A stretch of DNA of 64,000 nt from Hyaloraphidium curvatum SAG 235-1 (taxonomy: Eukaryota > Fungi > Monoblepharomycota), in NCBI GenBank assembly GCA_025558095.1, contig JAIVFI010000024.1:186001-250000 (forward strand). Direction: 5' to 3'. The notes under the pieces were generated by a model. It was not told the DNA's origin, ran no database searches, and was given only the letters and a program-made list of their open reading frames with translations. The stretch's first letter is position 1. Each line of letters opens with the position of its first letter. The translations under genes and the position numbers were made by a program. Positions 11,659-24,815 of this stretch are shown here, one piece after another.

Positions 11659-13686
11659 TCAGTCCGAATGTACTCGAACGTCCGGTTCCAAAGCCCGATC
11701 GCCGCCCTTTCCTTCCGGGGCACCGCCCGCGAAAGATCTCTCGTCCGCGCTCCTGCCCATAGCCAGAAGGTCCTCGTCGTCCGAAGCGGCGGGTTCCCAG
11801 CTCGCCGTTTCATCCAACAGCGGCGCTTCCTCGCTGCCGGGAGCACTGTTCTCCCGCCGATCGCCCCCGATCTCCTCGTCGCCGGCGGGAAGCTGCACGG
11901 GGCTGTCCGCGGTGCTCATCGCCCAGCTGACGGAGAAGGCGCAGAAGCAGAGGATGGAGCACACGTAGAATGCCCAGGACTCCCGTCCTGCCTTGACCAG
12001 GCCGGCGTAAAGGGGTCCGTAGATGAGCGGGGAGATGAGCGCAGCGACGGCCTCGACAAAGGCCACGACCGAAAGCACGCGGCCCTGCTGCGTGGCATGG
12101 GTGGATGTCGAGACGAGTGAGCGCATGGTGGGGCCCGCGAGAGCCGATCCAAACGAGTCGATGAAGGCCGTGACTGCAAAGCTTGTGTTAGCATCGTCTT
12201 GCACCTTCACGGCGACTATAGACCCACTAAGCAGGTAGGACCAGCCAAACGTCGTCGCTCCATAGAGGTACAGCGCGATGACGTACATGAACAGGCCGAA
12301 CCGGACCGCCCAGATCTCGTGTCCAGACACCCCGGCCGTCTTCAGGCGGGCCAACACGACAGGCAACACGAAGCTCAGCGAGGTGATCTTGGCGGCGCTG
12401 GAAACGAACGAGTAGATGCCGTCCTCGAATGCCTTCCAGCCGAAATGGGCACGCGTGTAGAGGACGAAGAAGAAGGAGGTGCCGCCGGAAACGAAGTTGA
12501 GGAGCAGCAGGATGAGGACCAAGAGGGTCCGGTTGCGGTTCTTGGGGGCGAAGACCGATTTGACGACCGGCCGATAGAACTCGGGATCCCGCCAGGAGCT
12601 GGTCCGCGATGGGCGCGGTCGGGGAATCGAAGGTTGGGCAGCCGCCTCGTTGGCCGACGCCGCGGGCTGCTCCTGAGCAGACCGCACGGGGCTCCCGTCG
12701 CTGTAGACCTCGTCCACGATCCCGTGAGAAGCAAGGACCGCCACGTTCTCCTCCGGCACGTCGGTGTCGGGCAGGCGGTCGTAGTCCTTGGGCTCCAACG
12801 GGGAGCCGCTTCGGTTCGTCTGGCGCACGGTCTCGGGAACGACGAAGAAAACCCAGGAGATGGTGAAGACGTCGAGGGCCACGGAAAAGTAGAGCGGCGG
12901 GATGTTGCTGCCGAAGACTTTGACCATGATGCCGCCAATCTGCCAACAGCGTCAGGATCGGCAAGGTCCTCAAGGGCCCACTGTACCAACCAAAGGGCCA
13001 AAGGTGAAGGCGCCGAGGATGATCGACTCGAACCTGGCGATGTAGGTCGTCCGCTCCGCCTTTGTCGTCACGTCCGCGACGAGGGCAAAGATGGACATGA
13101 TGATGACGTGCCGCCCGCCTCCCGCGCCGTGGACGAAGGAGGTCACCGCCAGCGCGGTCAGCAACGCGCCGGCTTCCACCAGCTTGTAGTGGTAGTTCGT
13201 GATGACGATCATCGACACGGTGTGTACGACTGGGAGGCGTTGGGCGTCAGGCTCGACCACCTCAACCCCTCGGAGCCGATGCGACATACCAGAGAACGCC
13301 ATGGCGAGGAGGATGATGTTTTTGCGGCTCCACCTGTCGATGAAGTACCCAAACAGCGGCACCAGCACCAGGCTCGGCACGTTGTAGCACAGCGAGAGCA
13401 CCGTGAACCACGCCGACGCGGTCGCCTGCACCTCCGGGGCATCGCACCGGTCGTACGGGAATATCGGGTGCCCGCCGGCGGCCAGCGTCGCGTTGGAGCC
13501 CGGCAGGGTCGAGTTGGCGCCCGGTTCCGGGCCCAGCACCTCGTCGCAGATCCACAGGATCTGCAGCTGCTTCAGGCAGGCCCAGGTGGCGCCGAGTCCG
13601 AGGAGGTGGGTGAAGAAGGGGATGCCGAGGGTCACGGCGCTCATCCGGACGCGCGGAGGCGGGTCGTCGGCCGGTGCGGAGGCCAT
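11659..13686 (-). CDS. MFS transporter (SLC46/tetracycline-efflux-like)
   Basis: Multiple transmembrane segments, motif A GYFIDRWSRKN, ALVADVT, QQGRVLS. Spans ORFs 12970-13728 and 11659-12927. Confidence 0.88.
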
Positions 13687-14049
13687 CGCGGCGGCTCCGG
13701 GAGAGGTGGGAACGAATCCGCCGGTCAAGGTCTTCTGGGGCCGGCCAGGGCGGGGAAACGGTCCGCGCTAGGGCAGGTCCGCCCGCCCAGGTGCCGTCGC
13801 CCGTGTCGGTGCGCGGTCGTTGCGGAGGCCACTGACGGCGTCCTAGCCAGCGGACATGGCACTGCGTTTCTAGGTCCGGAAGGCTGCCTCCGGCGGGACC
13901 CCGAAACCGGAGCTAGCGGGGCGCTTGCGCGATCACGCTTCGCGCAGACCGACCAGGGCTTCCGCACAGCCTGCCGGCACTTCGCAATCACCCGCGACAC
14001 CTCACAGAATGCGGGAAAACCATCGTTGCTGCCTACACCTGCAACTAGT

Positions 14050-15693
14050 TCACCGCATCCGATCCCGCTCCACGATCGCGCACACCTCCCCCGCCACCCC
14101 AAGCCTCTTCGGAACCGCCATCACCACCCTCAGCCCGCCCCTGGCGGGAAACACGATCGCGGCCCACGGAAACGGGGGGCTCTCGGGCACGCTGGCGAAC
14201 CCCACGACCCTGCCGAACCCGGGGTCGAGGATCCCGGCGCGCATCTTCGCCCACGAGTCGGCGGCCATGTCCGTCCTTGGCGGGCGGGGGACGAGGGCGG
14301 TGGGGAAGCGGGTGGTGCTGCGCTGCAGCGCGTAGAGTCCGAGGAAGGAGGTGGCGAACGCCTGCGGGGCCGCGGCGATTGATTCGCGGGAAAGGAGGGC
14401 CAGAGCGCGGAGGGGCGGGGCGATCGGGTCCGCCGGGAGCGTGCGCGAGACGGAGGGTACGGTGGCGTTGCCCACGTAGTCGTTCGTGAAGGGGGACAGG
14501 TACGGTTCCGGGGGCAGGGAGCCCCTGACGTCCGTGATCGTCACGATCCGGTCGGGGAGCGGCACGGCGGCGTCGAAAGAGACTGGTTCAGCGGAATAGC
14601 ACGCCAACTTGTCGGCGATGTAGCCGATGCCCGCCAAGAGCAGGCGTACCAGCTTCTGCGCGATAGTTTCCCGGCGCGCAATGTCCGAGTTGGCTTTCGC
14701 CACCGCCCGCCGCCCGACCCGCAGCAGGTGGCCGACCAGGGCATCGTGCGTCGATATCCACGCTCCCGAATCCGCATCGGACCCTGACGACGCCTCCGCT
14801 TTGAGCTTGGCCAGCTCCGCGTCCGTGAAAACGAGCTCCACGCGGTCGATGCCGAGCCCCAGGTGGTTGAAGGCCAGCTGCGAGGCGAAACGGTACACCG
14901 CGTAGGTCGGCTTGACGGCGAGCGACAGCAGGTCGTTCGCCGGGGCCGGCGGCGGGCCGATGTTCTTCGGCGGGGCCGGCCTCGCCGCGCTCGGCGCGGG
15001 CAGCTCCTTCAGGATTTGGTCCACGTCCAGCTTCTGTGCCAGTTTCCCCATGATCGTGCCGATGAGGGCGGCAAAGGCAAACACGGACGCGCCGTCGAAG
15101 AGGACGTGGCTGAAGTAGCCGCCCACGACGCCCACGGCAGGTTTGGTGCCGCGCAGGACGGTCGTCAGCTTGAATGTGACCAAAGGCGGGGGCAGGGGCC
15201 GCCCAGCTTCCGCGAGCTTCGGATCGTACGGTCCGGGCGGCGGCGTGAAAGGCGGGGTCGGCTCCAGGAAAGCCTCGGGGAAGGCTCTCACGTCCTCCAC
15301 GCCGAAGCCCGGCGCGCTCAGTTCCGCCACGGAGATCGGCACGGGCACCCAGGTGCCGCCGGCGACCAGGCCGTACCCGTGCCCGTCGTCCGAGCACGAG
15401 GAGTGCCACCGCCCGCATGCGAACCGGTACGCGCCCAGCGAGAGCGCCAGGGAAACGGCCCTCGAGAACACGTCCGCGTCCACCGGCCTGTCCACGGTCC
15501 ACAGGCACGCGGTGTATACGGGGAAGACGTCGTTTGGATGCAGCGAGAGCACGTCGGGGGCGTCGGCGTCGGGGACGGCGAGCCCGGGCGATACGGCCAG
15601 CCTGCGCCGCTCCGCCGGCCTCGGCCCGCGCGACAGCAGCGACGACAGGACGGACGGCAACACGCGGGATGAACTAGCGGCGTCGGCGGCCAT
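14050..15693 (-). CDS. BAHD/Tri101-type CoA-dependent acyltransferase (Transferase family), intronless
   Basis: HxxxD motif FSHVLFDG, STHDAL, YVGNA and the DFGWG-like DPGFG near the C-terminus. Confidence 0.85.
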   Translation of the reverse strand: MAADAASSSRVLPSVLSSLLSRGPRPAERRRLAVSPGLAVPDADAPDVLSLHPNDVFPVYTACLWTVDRPVDADVFSRAVSLALSLGAYRFACGRWHSSCSDDGHGYGLVAGGTWVPVPISVAELSAPGFGVEDVRAFPEAFLEPTPPFTPPPGPYDPKLAEAGRPLPPPLVTFKLTTVLRGTKPAVGVVGGYFSHVLFDGASVFAFAALIGTIMGKLAQKLDVDQILKELPAPSAARPAPPKNIGPPPAPANDLLSLAVKPTYAVYRFASQLAFNHLGLGIDRVELVFTDAELAKLKAEASSGSDADSGAWISTHDALVGHLLRVGRRAVAKANSDIARRETIAQKLVRLLLAGIGYIADKLACYSAEPVSFDAAVPLPDRIVTITDVRGSLPPEPYLSPFTNDYVGNATVPSVSRTLPADPIAPPLRALALLSRESIAAAPQAFATSFLGLYALQRSTTRFPTALVPRPPRTDMAADSWAKMRAGILDPGFGRVVGFASVPESPPFPWAAIVFPARGGLRVVMAVPKRLGVAGEVCAIVERDRMR

Positions 15694-15827
15694 ATTCAGC
15701 CTCGGGGAGATTCGTAGTGCCGTGCGGCGGAGTGTGATCGGTTGCGCGGTGATCGGCCACATTGTCTCTCCGCCCTAGCAGGCCACCCGCGACCGGTTCG
15801 CCGGCCATGGACGCGACTTAGGCGCGC

Positions 15828-18800
15828 ATGGCGGCGTCATCGGACAGCGGCGCGGGCGGCGCGGCCCCGGCGCCGGCCGCCGGCGGGCTGTTCGGCTTCC
15901 GCCGCGTGTCGCGCTCCGCCGCCGACGCGGACCCGGCCGGCCCGCGCCGCAGCTCGAACCCCGCCGCCGACCAGAGGGAGACCGAGAAGCGGCTGGCGAA
16001 GCTGCTGCGCAAGGCGAAGCCGTTCTTCGACGAGAAGCTGAAGCCCAAGGCGCGCCTGCTGGCCCTGTTCACCTTTGTCGGTGCGTGCCCCTGCTCGGGC
16101 TGCCGATGCGGCCCGCGGTGCGGCAGCCTCGTCCTGGAAACCGCTCCTGACGCGCCCCGGGCGAATGAATTGCAGACGCCGCGCAGGCTGCGCACGACTA
16201 CGACCTCCTGAAGCGCTTCGTCCTGGAACACGATGCCGCGGTCTACGCGGTCATGAGCGATGCCTTTTGGCACCAGGTCGACAAGATTCGAGGTATGCCG
16301 GGGTCGGTCGCCGCGTCGTCGGGCCCGGGGTGACGTTTCGGCAGCCCTCGTCCACAAGACGCCCGACCGGCCGCCGCACGTCGGCACCTCGTCCTCCGCG
16401 AAAGCCACCGACAAGGATTCCAAGGAGGTCGCCGACCTGTTCAAGATCCTCAACGTCCTGCGGACGGTTCTTCTCTACTCTCCCGACAAGATCCGCAAAG
16501 GCTGGCAGCGCGGCAGCTTGTGTTGGTTATGCCGTTCCCACCCTCCCTGAATGTCTGACATCCTGCGTCTCCCAGCAACCATCTTCCGTACCCTCCTCCA
16601 TTCCGGAAACCACATCCGCCTCCGCACAGAAGGCCTGCGCCTCCTCCTGCTGTGGCTCAACGACCAGGACCACGACGCCATCCTGTTCGCGCTCCTCCCC
16701 CGCGCGACCCCCTCCCCCGGCGGGGCCGCCGAGTCGGAGGCGGTCAGGGAGATGGTGCGGCTGTACCGGGACGCCATTTCGCTGGGGGTGTTTCTGCCGT
16801 GCTGGGAGCTGCCGGAGCCGAGGACCGCCGCGGTCGCGGACGGGGCGGGGGGCGTCTACGACGAGAAGGGGCTCGGGACGGTGGAGCAGATGCGCATTGG
16901 AGGTGAGCTATCCGACACGGAGCACCCGCCGATCTGACGCCCGCCGTGACAGCCAATGAGCCCCTGGGCCCGCTGATTCCGGCGCCGACGCCGCCGCCTG
17001 CCAGCAGGGTCACCCAGCAGCGCCAGGACTCGATCGATCTGCTCGAGGAGGTGCTCTTCAACATCGCGCTTCTGGCACGCGCCGCTGCCGACGGTACCCC
17101 GCCGCCTCCGGCGCCCGGTCCCGCAACTACCCGCGCCGACGAGCCCCTCGGTGCCCTCTCCCCTCCCCCTTCCATGCCCCCTTCGGGACCCACTTCGCCC
17201 AACCTCCTTCCCGCGGACTTCACCGAGATCGAGGACCGCATCCCCCCCTCCCACGCCTCGGCCCTCCGCACCCTCCGCAGCATGTGGGACCTCTTCGCGC
17301 GGACCTACCTCCGCCTGCTCTTCCCCGGCGCCGCGCGGCGCATCGGCCTCGCCGTCGCCGAGGGCGAAGGCTTCGCGCTGTGCCCCCCCGAGGCCATCGA
17401 AACCCTCCTCGTGTTCCTGCTCCGCGCCATGAGCGCCACCGTGCCCACCTCCAGGCCCGCGGACGCGCTGGTGGCCTCCGCGGGGCCGGATTCGCTGCCC
17501 TCGGGGTCGTTCAGGGTGGACCACGGGATCCCGGCGGCGGCGGGGGCGCTGCTCAGGAGAATCATGCTGGGGGAGACGCTGGAGGTGTTCCACGAGGCGG
17601 TGAGGCAGAGCATGATGGTGCCGTGGCGGTACCACGAGGCCGTGGCGCTGGGGCTCGGAACGCTCAAGAGCTGGATCTTTGTCGAGGTGGGCACGGGTGT
17701 CGGCTTTTCTCGCGATCGAGGGCCTGACGTGGGTGCTCCCCAGCCGCACGAGAGGCCGCCGCACCTGCGCAGTTCCCGCCGGACCTCGGGGCCACCGGAT
17801 GCCAAGCTGTCCCATCATCTGCCCAGGTACATCTACTTTGCCAGGCTGCTCTTCCTGGACCGCGCCGACCCCGGCGACACCGAGGCGCGGCTGCAAAAGT
17901 ACCGCGACGGCCTGGTCTTCTTCCGCGTGCTGGTCATGGAGACCTTTGCGGATCTGAACCCCGAAGCCTGGCAGACCCTGCTGCAGTGCCTGCTCGACGT
18001 GCACAGGCAGCTGGTCCTGTCGCGGCCGGACATGTACGCCCTGTTCGGGGGGCCCAAGGCCGGTGACGAGCTGGTGGGGATGGTGGTCGAGACGATGCTG
18101 GTCGCCTGGGTGCGGTCGAAGATCCAGGCGGCGTCCGTGTGGAAGGCGCTATTTGCGCAGCTGTCGCATCCCAACAGCACGCGGTACTCGAGGACGATCA
18201 CGGAATGGGCGGTGAGTTCTTTGCAGCAGGCCGCGATTGGATTTTGTGGATAATGGTCCCGTGCAGAGGATCATGGGCAAGCTGACCAAGGCCCTCGCGC
18301 TCCTCAAGCTCGGAGTCGACCTCGACGCGCCCGAGAACGAGGCCGGCCTGCCGAAGCGCCGCGCGTACGGGTCCGGCAACCAGCGCCTGGACGGAACGCC
18401 GTCGCCCGAGGCGGACGGCAGGCTGTCGAGGCCGCGCGGCACGTCGGGCGATCCCTCGAGCGAGAAGTGGGAGGCCGGGCATCCGTCATTCGAGTCGGAA
18501 CTGACGGCTGCTGCGCAGGTCTTCGCGGGCGCCGTCCGGTAGCAGCGCGACGGGCCAACCGTCGCGCCTGCAGGAGTTCACCTCCCCGCAGGCGCTCGAC
18601 CTTTCGGGGGAGAACGCCCTTTTCGCGTGGAAAAACGTGCTCGTGATCCTGGGGAACCCGAACGGCATCCAGTCCCCGGCCATCCAGGCCGAAGCCGTCA
18701 GGTCGGCCGTGGGGATCTACGACATGTTGGCTTGGGTGAGTTGCTTGCCCTGCTGGAAGAGCATTTCGGCCGCTAATCGCGTGCTTGCAGATTCGGGCGT

Positions 18801-21800
18801 GCCAGCCGTACCGAGGCGTCCCGTTGCCGCCGCTGTACGATTTCGTGACCTGGATCTTCCAAGCTTGTGGCCTATCGGCGTGAGTGCCGTGCTTCTCCGC
18901 GCCGTGAGCCGAAATGGGACTGATTCCGCGACCAGCGAGTACGTTGAGGGCAGGGCGGCGGCGTACGGGTGCATGTGCCGCATGATGTGCCGCCGGCACG
19001 ACCAGCGCCTCGGAAACGAGTACTTTGCCCACTTCTACCGGCTCGTGATAAAGGTTGGAACCGCGACGGCTGCCCAGCCTCGTGAATCTCACGCCTCTCC
19101 AGGGTCTCGCTGGCACGGACGTCAACGTCATTTTCGCCATCATCAACAACTCCACGAGGCTCTTCGGGCTGAACTTGCCGGGTTCCACGATCCTTATACC
19201 TGCTTTTCTCAAGTGCTTCAGGCAGCTGGTGGGTAGCCGCGATAGCCGAGCACAGATTTTCTCACCTGCGGCCCGACGCAGTTCTTCGGAGTTCCCAAAG
19301 GCTCGCCTTTTGCTTCCTTCGACGGGCTTCAGCGATCCACGGATGCGAGCCAGCTCGTCCCCGAATCCGTCAGGCAGAACATCGCCATCATGCTCTCGGC
19401 GATCGCCTCGACGTGCAACACCGTGCCGGATGGGACCTGCATCGTGCTGGATTTTGCCGATGGCGCGTTGGCCGCTGCTCCGCACCCGTCGGACCCGACC
19501 GCAGGGGAGAGCCTTGTGGGCCTCATCGAGCAAGTCGGGCGGGAGCGCCGTCCGCCGGAGCTGTCGATGGTGGAAGCCAAGACCCTCGCCAAGAGCCTTC
19601 TGTTGGCTCTGCTGCGCGACGACCTGGACTCGCAGAAGCTCGACGAGCGCGTGGCCAGCCACCGTTACCTTCTCAACGCCATTTGCGACATGGCGTACGA
19701 GGAGCTCGTTCTAGTCAGCAAGCTGGATCGCGCGGTCGTGGACGAGGGTTTCAGCGCGATCCTGGGTCACCTGCTCCAGCGGAACCTGCACGCCATCAAT
19801 GCCGCGGTGGATTGTCTGAATCTCTTTTCTCAGAGCTTTGCCAACCTCGATCGCTTGGACCAGGCAAGTCCGATGGAGTCTTGGTGGACTTGAGCTGATT
19901 TTCGCCCTCCATTACCCTAGAATGCCGCCTTTGGCATCATCGAGAAGATCGTTGGAGCAATCCAGGAGCACTTTGCTTGGGTTCCGGCAGGCCGGAATCA
20001 AGAGCTCGTCAGGGGTGAGAGGTTTTTGCGGCCCACTGTTCCAGCGGCACATACTAACGGGTCATCAGCCTGTGCTATTGCCCGTCTTTTCTATTGTCTG
20101 CTGGATTGGTTGCTCTGCATTCCGCCGGAATGGTTCCAGAACGCGCGCTTCCTTCATCTTGTCTTTGATACCATCGAAACGGGGCTCAACGAAGGCATGC
20201 CGCTCGTCGGCCCGGGGAGCAAACGTGGACGGGGTCCTCCCGAGTCGAGGCCCTCCAGGAGACCACCCGCCAGGGTCAACGAGGAATCGAGCACAGACAT
20301 TTCCAAGTCGGGGTCAATGGCTTCCATTGAAGAGGGCCAAGAACCGGGGGACCAGGAGCCTACGCTGATCCGGGACGCGGCGGAAAACGTGCTCATGCAT
20401 GTCTTGCACCACGTCAACAATTTCCCGCCCACAAACGGACCTGCAATGATGAACACGTAAGAAAGTGAACTCCGCGGAAAGCACAGAAACTGACTCTTCT
20501 CCGGCCAGGTCCATCCTCGATCCTGAGCTGGCGGACGACACGGATCGCTCCAAGACGCTCTACTTTTCTTACAACGAGAAGACACTTTTGACCTTCGTGG
20601 AGATGCAAGGCAGGACGCCACTTGGTTGGTTCTTTGAGATTGCAAGATCTGTGACGCTCACTGAACCTCCTCCTGAAGACTCGAAAGTGCGGGTCATTGT
20701 CCGCGACATTGCGGGCAAGTACTGTTGGGATTCCTGGCTGTTCTACGACTCTCTCGACAAGATGAGAGAGGTGCTTGTTGGAGGGGATCCGGCGTTGGAA
20801 GGGAAGCTCCCGCCGCTTTTGGGTGTACTGGATCGTATGGTGTTTGCGGACGACGTCACGATCGAATCGCGGACGAGAAAGGTCACGCCGTGGGTCCGTG
20901 TTTGCGATTCGCCGCTCGTCACCTGATTTTGCAACAGCGATCGGTCTTTCGATGGGGAACTCTGGAGCTCGGAGAACGCGGCTCGCGATCCGGATCGTCT
21001 GAAGGAGCTTTTGATCGCGTTGGTTGTGCTTTGCTTTCCGTTTCGTGCTTCGCTCACCACCTCTGTCCTTAGTATTGGTCAGCGAAGCCCCGATTGCCTT
21101 CGGATACCCGGTCATTCGTTGGTGGAACCGGAACCGGTGCCGGAAGATCAGGTCGCCGTCGTCTCGGAGGCGGCCCAGCGAATGAAGTTCCAGGTCGAGC
21201 AAGAGCGGCCCATCCTGGAGAAGCACGCGTACCCGCGCAAGGACGACGGTGGTGCTGACTCTGGAGACGAACTCTCGACTGCCTACTTTGTTCCCGCTCG
21301 TCCACCGGAGGCTGAAGCAACGATACCTCCGTACCATCGGACGCGCCTCCTTCTTTCGCACCTCGGCTTCGTCAACTTTGACAGCCTAAGGGAGAACAAT
21401 TTCTACATGCTGACCAAATCGCCGGCATTGTTTCGCGACATCAAGGGCCTCGACAAGACCGTGGGCCGCGAGACCATCAAAGTCGCCGTTATCTACGTGG
21501 GGCCCGGGCAGGAGGATGAAGCTAGCATCCTCCGCAACCAGCGGACGAGCGCGGACTATGTAGAGTTCGTGTCGAGCTTGGGCTGGGAGGTGGACCTGGC
21601 CAGTCACGCCGGATACCTCGGCGGCTTGGAGCGCAACCTCACCAGTGGGGCCCGCGCGACCTACTTCTGCAACAGCACCCTCGAAATCATTTACCACGAG
21701 GTTACCAAGCTTCCGACGGACCCGAACGACCCGAAGCAGGTCAAGAAGAAGCGCCACATTGGCAACGACCAGGTGCACGTCATCTGGAACGAGCACCCGC

Positions 21801-22156
21801 GCGACTACCGCCGCAACACCATCAGCGGCGACTATGCCAACGCGCAGATTGTGATAACCCCGCTCGCAAACGGCTTCTATGCCGTGGACATTTCGCGAGA
21901 TCCCAAGGTGTCCCCATTCGGCCCGCTGGAGCCGCACTCGATCGTCTCCAAAGCCAGCCTCGGTGCGCTGGTCCGGGCCACATGCGTGGCGGCGCACCGC
22001 TATTCCCTGCTCTCTCTCACGGACAAGCTGGACCTGTACAGGCATTCCTATACCCAGCGCGTTGCCAACCTCCGAATGATAAAGGAGCGGCACCAGACAA
22101 AGACGTGGACATTCGAACATTTCCTCAGATTCTTGGCCACGGGCGCCGACAGTTGA
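15828..22156 (+). CDS. RALGAPA: Ral GTPase-activating protein alpha subunit-like (C-terminal Rap/Ran-GAP domain), many exons
   Basis: N-terminal LLHSGNHIRLRTEGLRLLLLWL. VRVIVRDIAGKYCWD. GAP domain RETIKVAVIYVGPGQED...EFVSSLGWEVDL...KKRHIGNDQVHVIWNEH. Confidence 0.88.
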
Positions 22157-22206
22157 TTTGCGAGAAAGCTTCATGGGCTGTAATGCTGTCACGGAGAACA
22201 CGATAT

Positions 22207-23370
22207 TCAGAGTGGAAGCTCGGCAATCAGCACGTCCTGCTTGCCCCTGCCAAGGCACGCTTTGATCGCGATCTTGCCGCGGGCGATCCAAAGCGCACAG
22301 CTGGTCCCCAGGAAAGTCGTGCCCCGCTCCGTCCCGGTGCGATTGCAGATCACCACGCCGAACGGCTTGCCCTTCCTGCCTTCGCTGGCAAAGATAAGAG
22401 GGGCTAGGCGGTTTGCCCAGTACGAAACCGTGCTCATGGATGGGTCCGTAACCCCGTTCGGTGGCCACGGGCCGTGATCGGGCTCCGCCTCCGGGTCCAG
22501 CTTCGGAAACACCTTCTTCTCCGTCCAAGGATCCCGCGGAATCGGTTGGCTGATCTCATCTTCAGTCTGTGCGGAAGATTTCGATGCCTTTGCGGTGTCG
22601 TCCTCCGCACTGGAATCCTCTTCGCCGCCACCAGAGGCGGTGGACCAGGATCCCGAGGATTCAGGACTTGCGGCGACACCGCATTCCGCCAACTCGTCCC
22701 GAATGGTGTCTTTGGTGCCACACCACGCCATGGACCCGAAAAGCAGGTCCGAATTCCGCTCTAGATTGAACGTCGCGAGCTCGAACGAGGCCCAAGGTGC
22801 TTCGAAGCGGTACGGGTTGATGTCCATGCAGATGCCGAGTCCGACCCGGGTCTTTCGCTTCCCGAGGTCAAGGTCAACAGTCCGAAAGGAGGAGCCGGCC
22901 TCTGCCCATCGCGCGTCGGAGTAGTAGAGGTGGTGCTTGTCATAGACGGAAACGGTGTCTCCCTTGACCACGGCCACCGAGTTGAAAAGCTTTCCGTCGT
23001 CCGCCACCCTCGCAAAACCGACTTGAACCAAGCAGCTGAAATGCCGCGACAGTTTCCTGGCCCACTGGACCGTCTCTCCGCACCGGCACCCGCCGTATGG
23101 CGAAGCTATGCCATGCTCCTCCGCAGGCTCCGTGAACGGCATTATCTCCTCGCGAGACGCGAATTCGTAGCCTATCAATCCCATCTCCGGGAACAGAATC
23201 GCGTCCACGCCTTCCAGCTCGTCCGATTTGGCTGCCAGCAGTGCCTCCGCTGTCGCCATGTTCCGGGCCCGATTGCCGAGCACCGGCGTGAACTGGACAC
23301 AGGCTGCGGAAGAAGAGCAAGGTCACGAGACTGGTTCGAGCAACGGATCGTGCTCCGGACCTATCTTCAT
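22207..23370 (-). CDS. NTA1: Protein N-terminal amidase (carbon-nitrogen hydrolase family)
   Basis: LFPEMGLIGYEF, YDKHHLY, GICMDINPYRFEAPW, CNRTGTE. Short first exon. Confidence 0.9.
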
Positions 23371-23447
23371 CGCGGCACGACCCGCTCGATGCTTGTTGAC
23401 GTGAGACGTCACAGAGGCGGCAACTGCTTCGAGGTCCGCCTCGGTCG

Positions 23448-24743
23448 ATGGCTAGCGATTCGGACTCTCCAGACGCCTCATCGGAAGACCATGTCAAGTC
23501 ATCTTCGGATGCCGGGCCGGCAGACTTGCGCGAAGGCCTGTTTTCCGGCCCGCGCGACGTTTCCCCGTCGCCTTCGCCTCTGTCGTCTCCGGAAGTTGGA
23601 CCGTCGGATCCGCCTCTTTTCGACCAGCCACCATTTGCTCCGGATGATCTGCCCCTCGATGACCTCCTGGCAAAGCTCACGGACCTCTCCGTCCCGTTCT
23701 CGGATCTGGATCCGCCGCTCGCTCGTCTTGCCGAACCCGATTCGGGACCGCAGGACCCGCCACCGACATTTTCCTCCCCCGAGGAAGAGCTGGAGCACTA
23801 CATCTCCCTGCACGGCGCCACGCCGTCCGCGGAACCGGTCCCGGGGTTCCTCCGCGCCCTCGCCGAGTCGGCCCTAGTTGCGTGTCCACCTTGGACCGCT
23901 GGCGCGAGGGAGGGATGGCTGCTCGGTTCGGCGTTCTTCAGGCTCGGGAAGGGAACCATGGTGGCAGGCGAAAGCGCTTGGGAACTGGCCGGGGACTATG
24001 CGGAGGCGGGGTTGGAACGGGGGGCCGGAGAGGCCCAGAGGCAGTTCGTTCCCGGACTGGCGGCGCTGCTCTCCGTGGCACGGGGAAATGGCGGCGCGGA
24101 CAGGCATGTGGAGGTCCTCAAAAAGGCGGAGGAAGAGCTGCGGACCTCGGAGGATTACGGAACCTTGCTCTACGCGGCGCTGTTCTTGCGGTCGCGGGGC
24201 TTCCCGCCGCTTCCGTCGGCCGCGAGGGTCGAGGACGTCCTAGACGCCGTCGCCAAACTACCCCGCGAACAATGGACCCCTCTGACGCTGTGCGGGCTCC
24301 TCCAATGCCCGCCTGCTTTGTTGGATCCCGCGGGCATCGCGCCCGAACTCGAATCGGCCGTCGAGGCCGCCTTGTTCTCGCCTCCGAACGGTCTGCCGGC
24401 GCACGTCCGTTGCGCACTCCTGGACCTCGCCCGCCGTCGCCTCCCGTCCCTCGCAACGCGGTGCACCGAAGCCCTGGACGCCCTCGCCGACTCACTGCTC
24501 TCCGGCCACCCCCTTCCGAGCTCGGAAGCGGACCGCACCCCTTGGCAGACTCCGCAGGGGGCCCCGGACCCGTTCCACGCGATCGTATTCGCGCTTGCGG
24601 GGAGGGAGGAGGCCGCGGCGCGGCACGTGCTCGCGCACGCGGGCGGGGCGCGCGGTGCCGAAGCCGTGGCTGCGTGGATCATGGCCGGCACGGCCAAAGC
24701 GGGGGATGGGGTGCCGCTGGTATCGGATGCCGTGTGCAGCTGA
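23448..24743 (+). CDS. Hypothetical protein (acidic N-terminus, helical body)
   Basis: 431-aa ORF with protein-like composition, divergent from NTA1; no motif recognised. Confidence 0.6.
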   Translation: MASDSDSPDASSEDHVKSSSDAGPADLREGLFSGPRDVSPSPSPLSSPEVGPSDPPLFDQPPFAPDDLPLDDLLAKLTDLSVPFSDLDPPLARLAEPDSGPQDPPPTFSSPEEELEHYISLHGATPSAEPVPGFLRALAESALVACPPWTAGAREGWLLGSAFFRLGKGTMVAGESAWELAGDYAEAGLERGAGEAQRQFVPGLAALLSVARGNGGADRHVEVLKKAEEELRTSEDYGTLLYAALFLRSRGFPPLPSAARVEDVLDAVAKLPREQWTPLTLCGLLQCPPALLDPAGIAPELESAVEAALFSPPNGLPAHVRCALLDLARRRLPSLATRCTEALDALADSLLSGHPLPSSEADRTPWQTPQGAPDPFHAIVFALAGREEAAARHVLAHAGGARGAEAVAAWIMAGTAKAGDGVPLVSDAVCS

Positions 24744-24815
24744 GCCTGAAATGAACTAAGAAGAAAGCCAAGGTCCGAAGGGAGGTCCACGGGTAAAGCC
24801 GTCTATGGTATGGGA

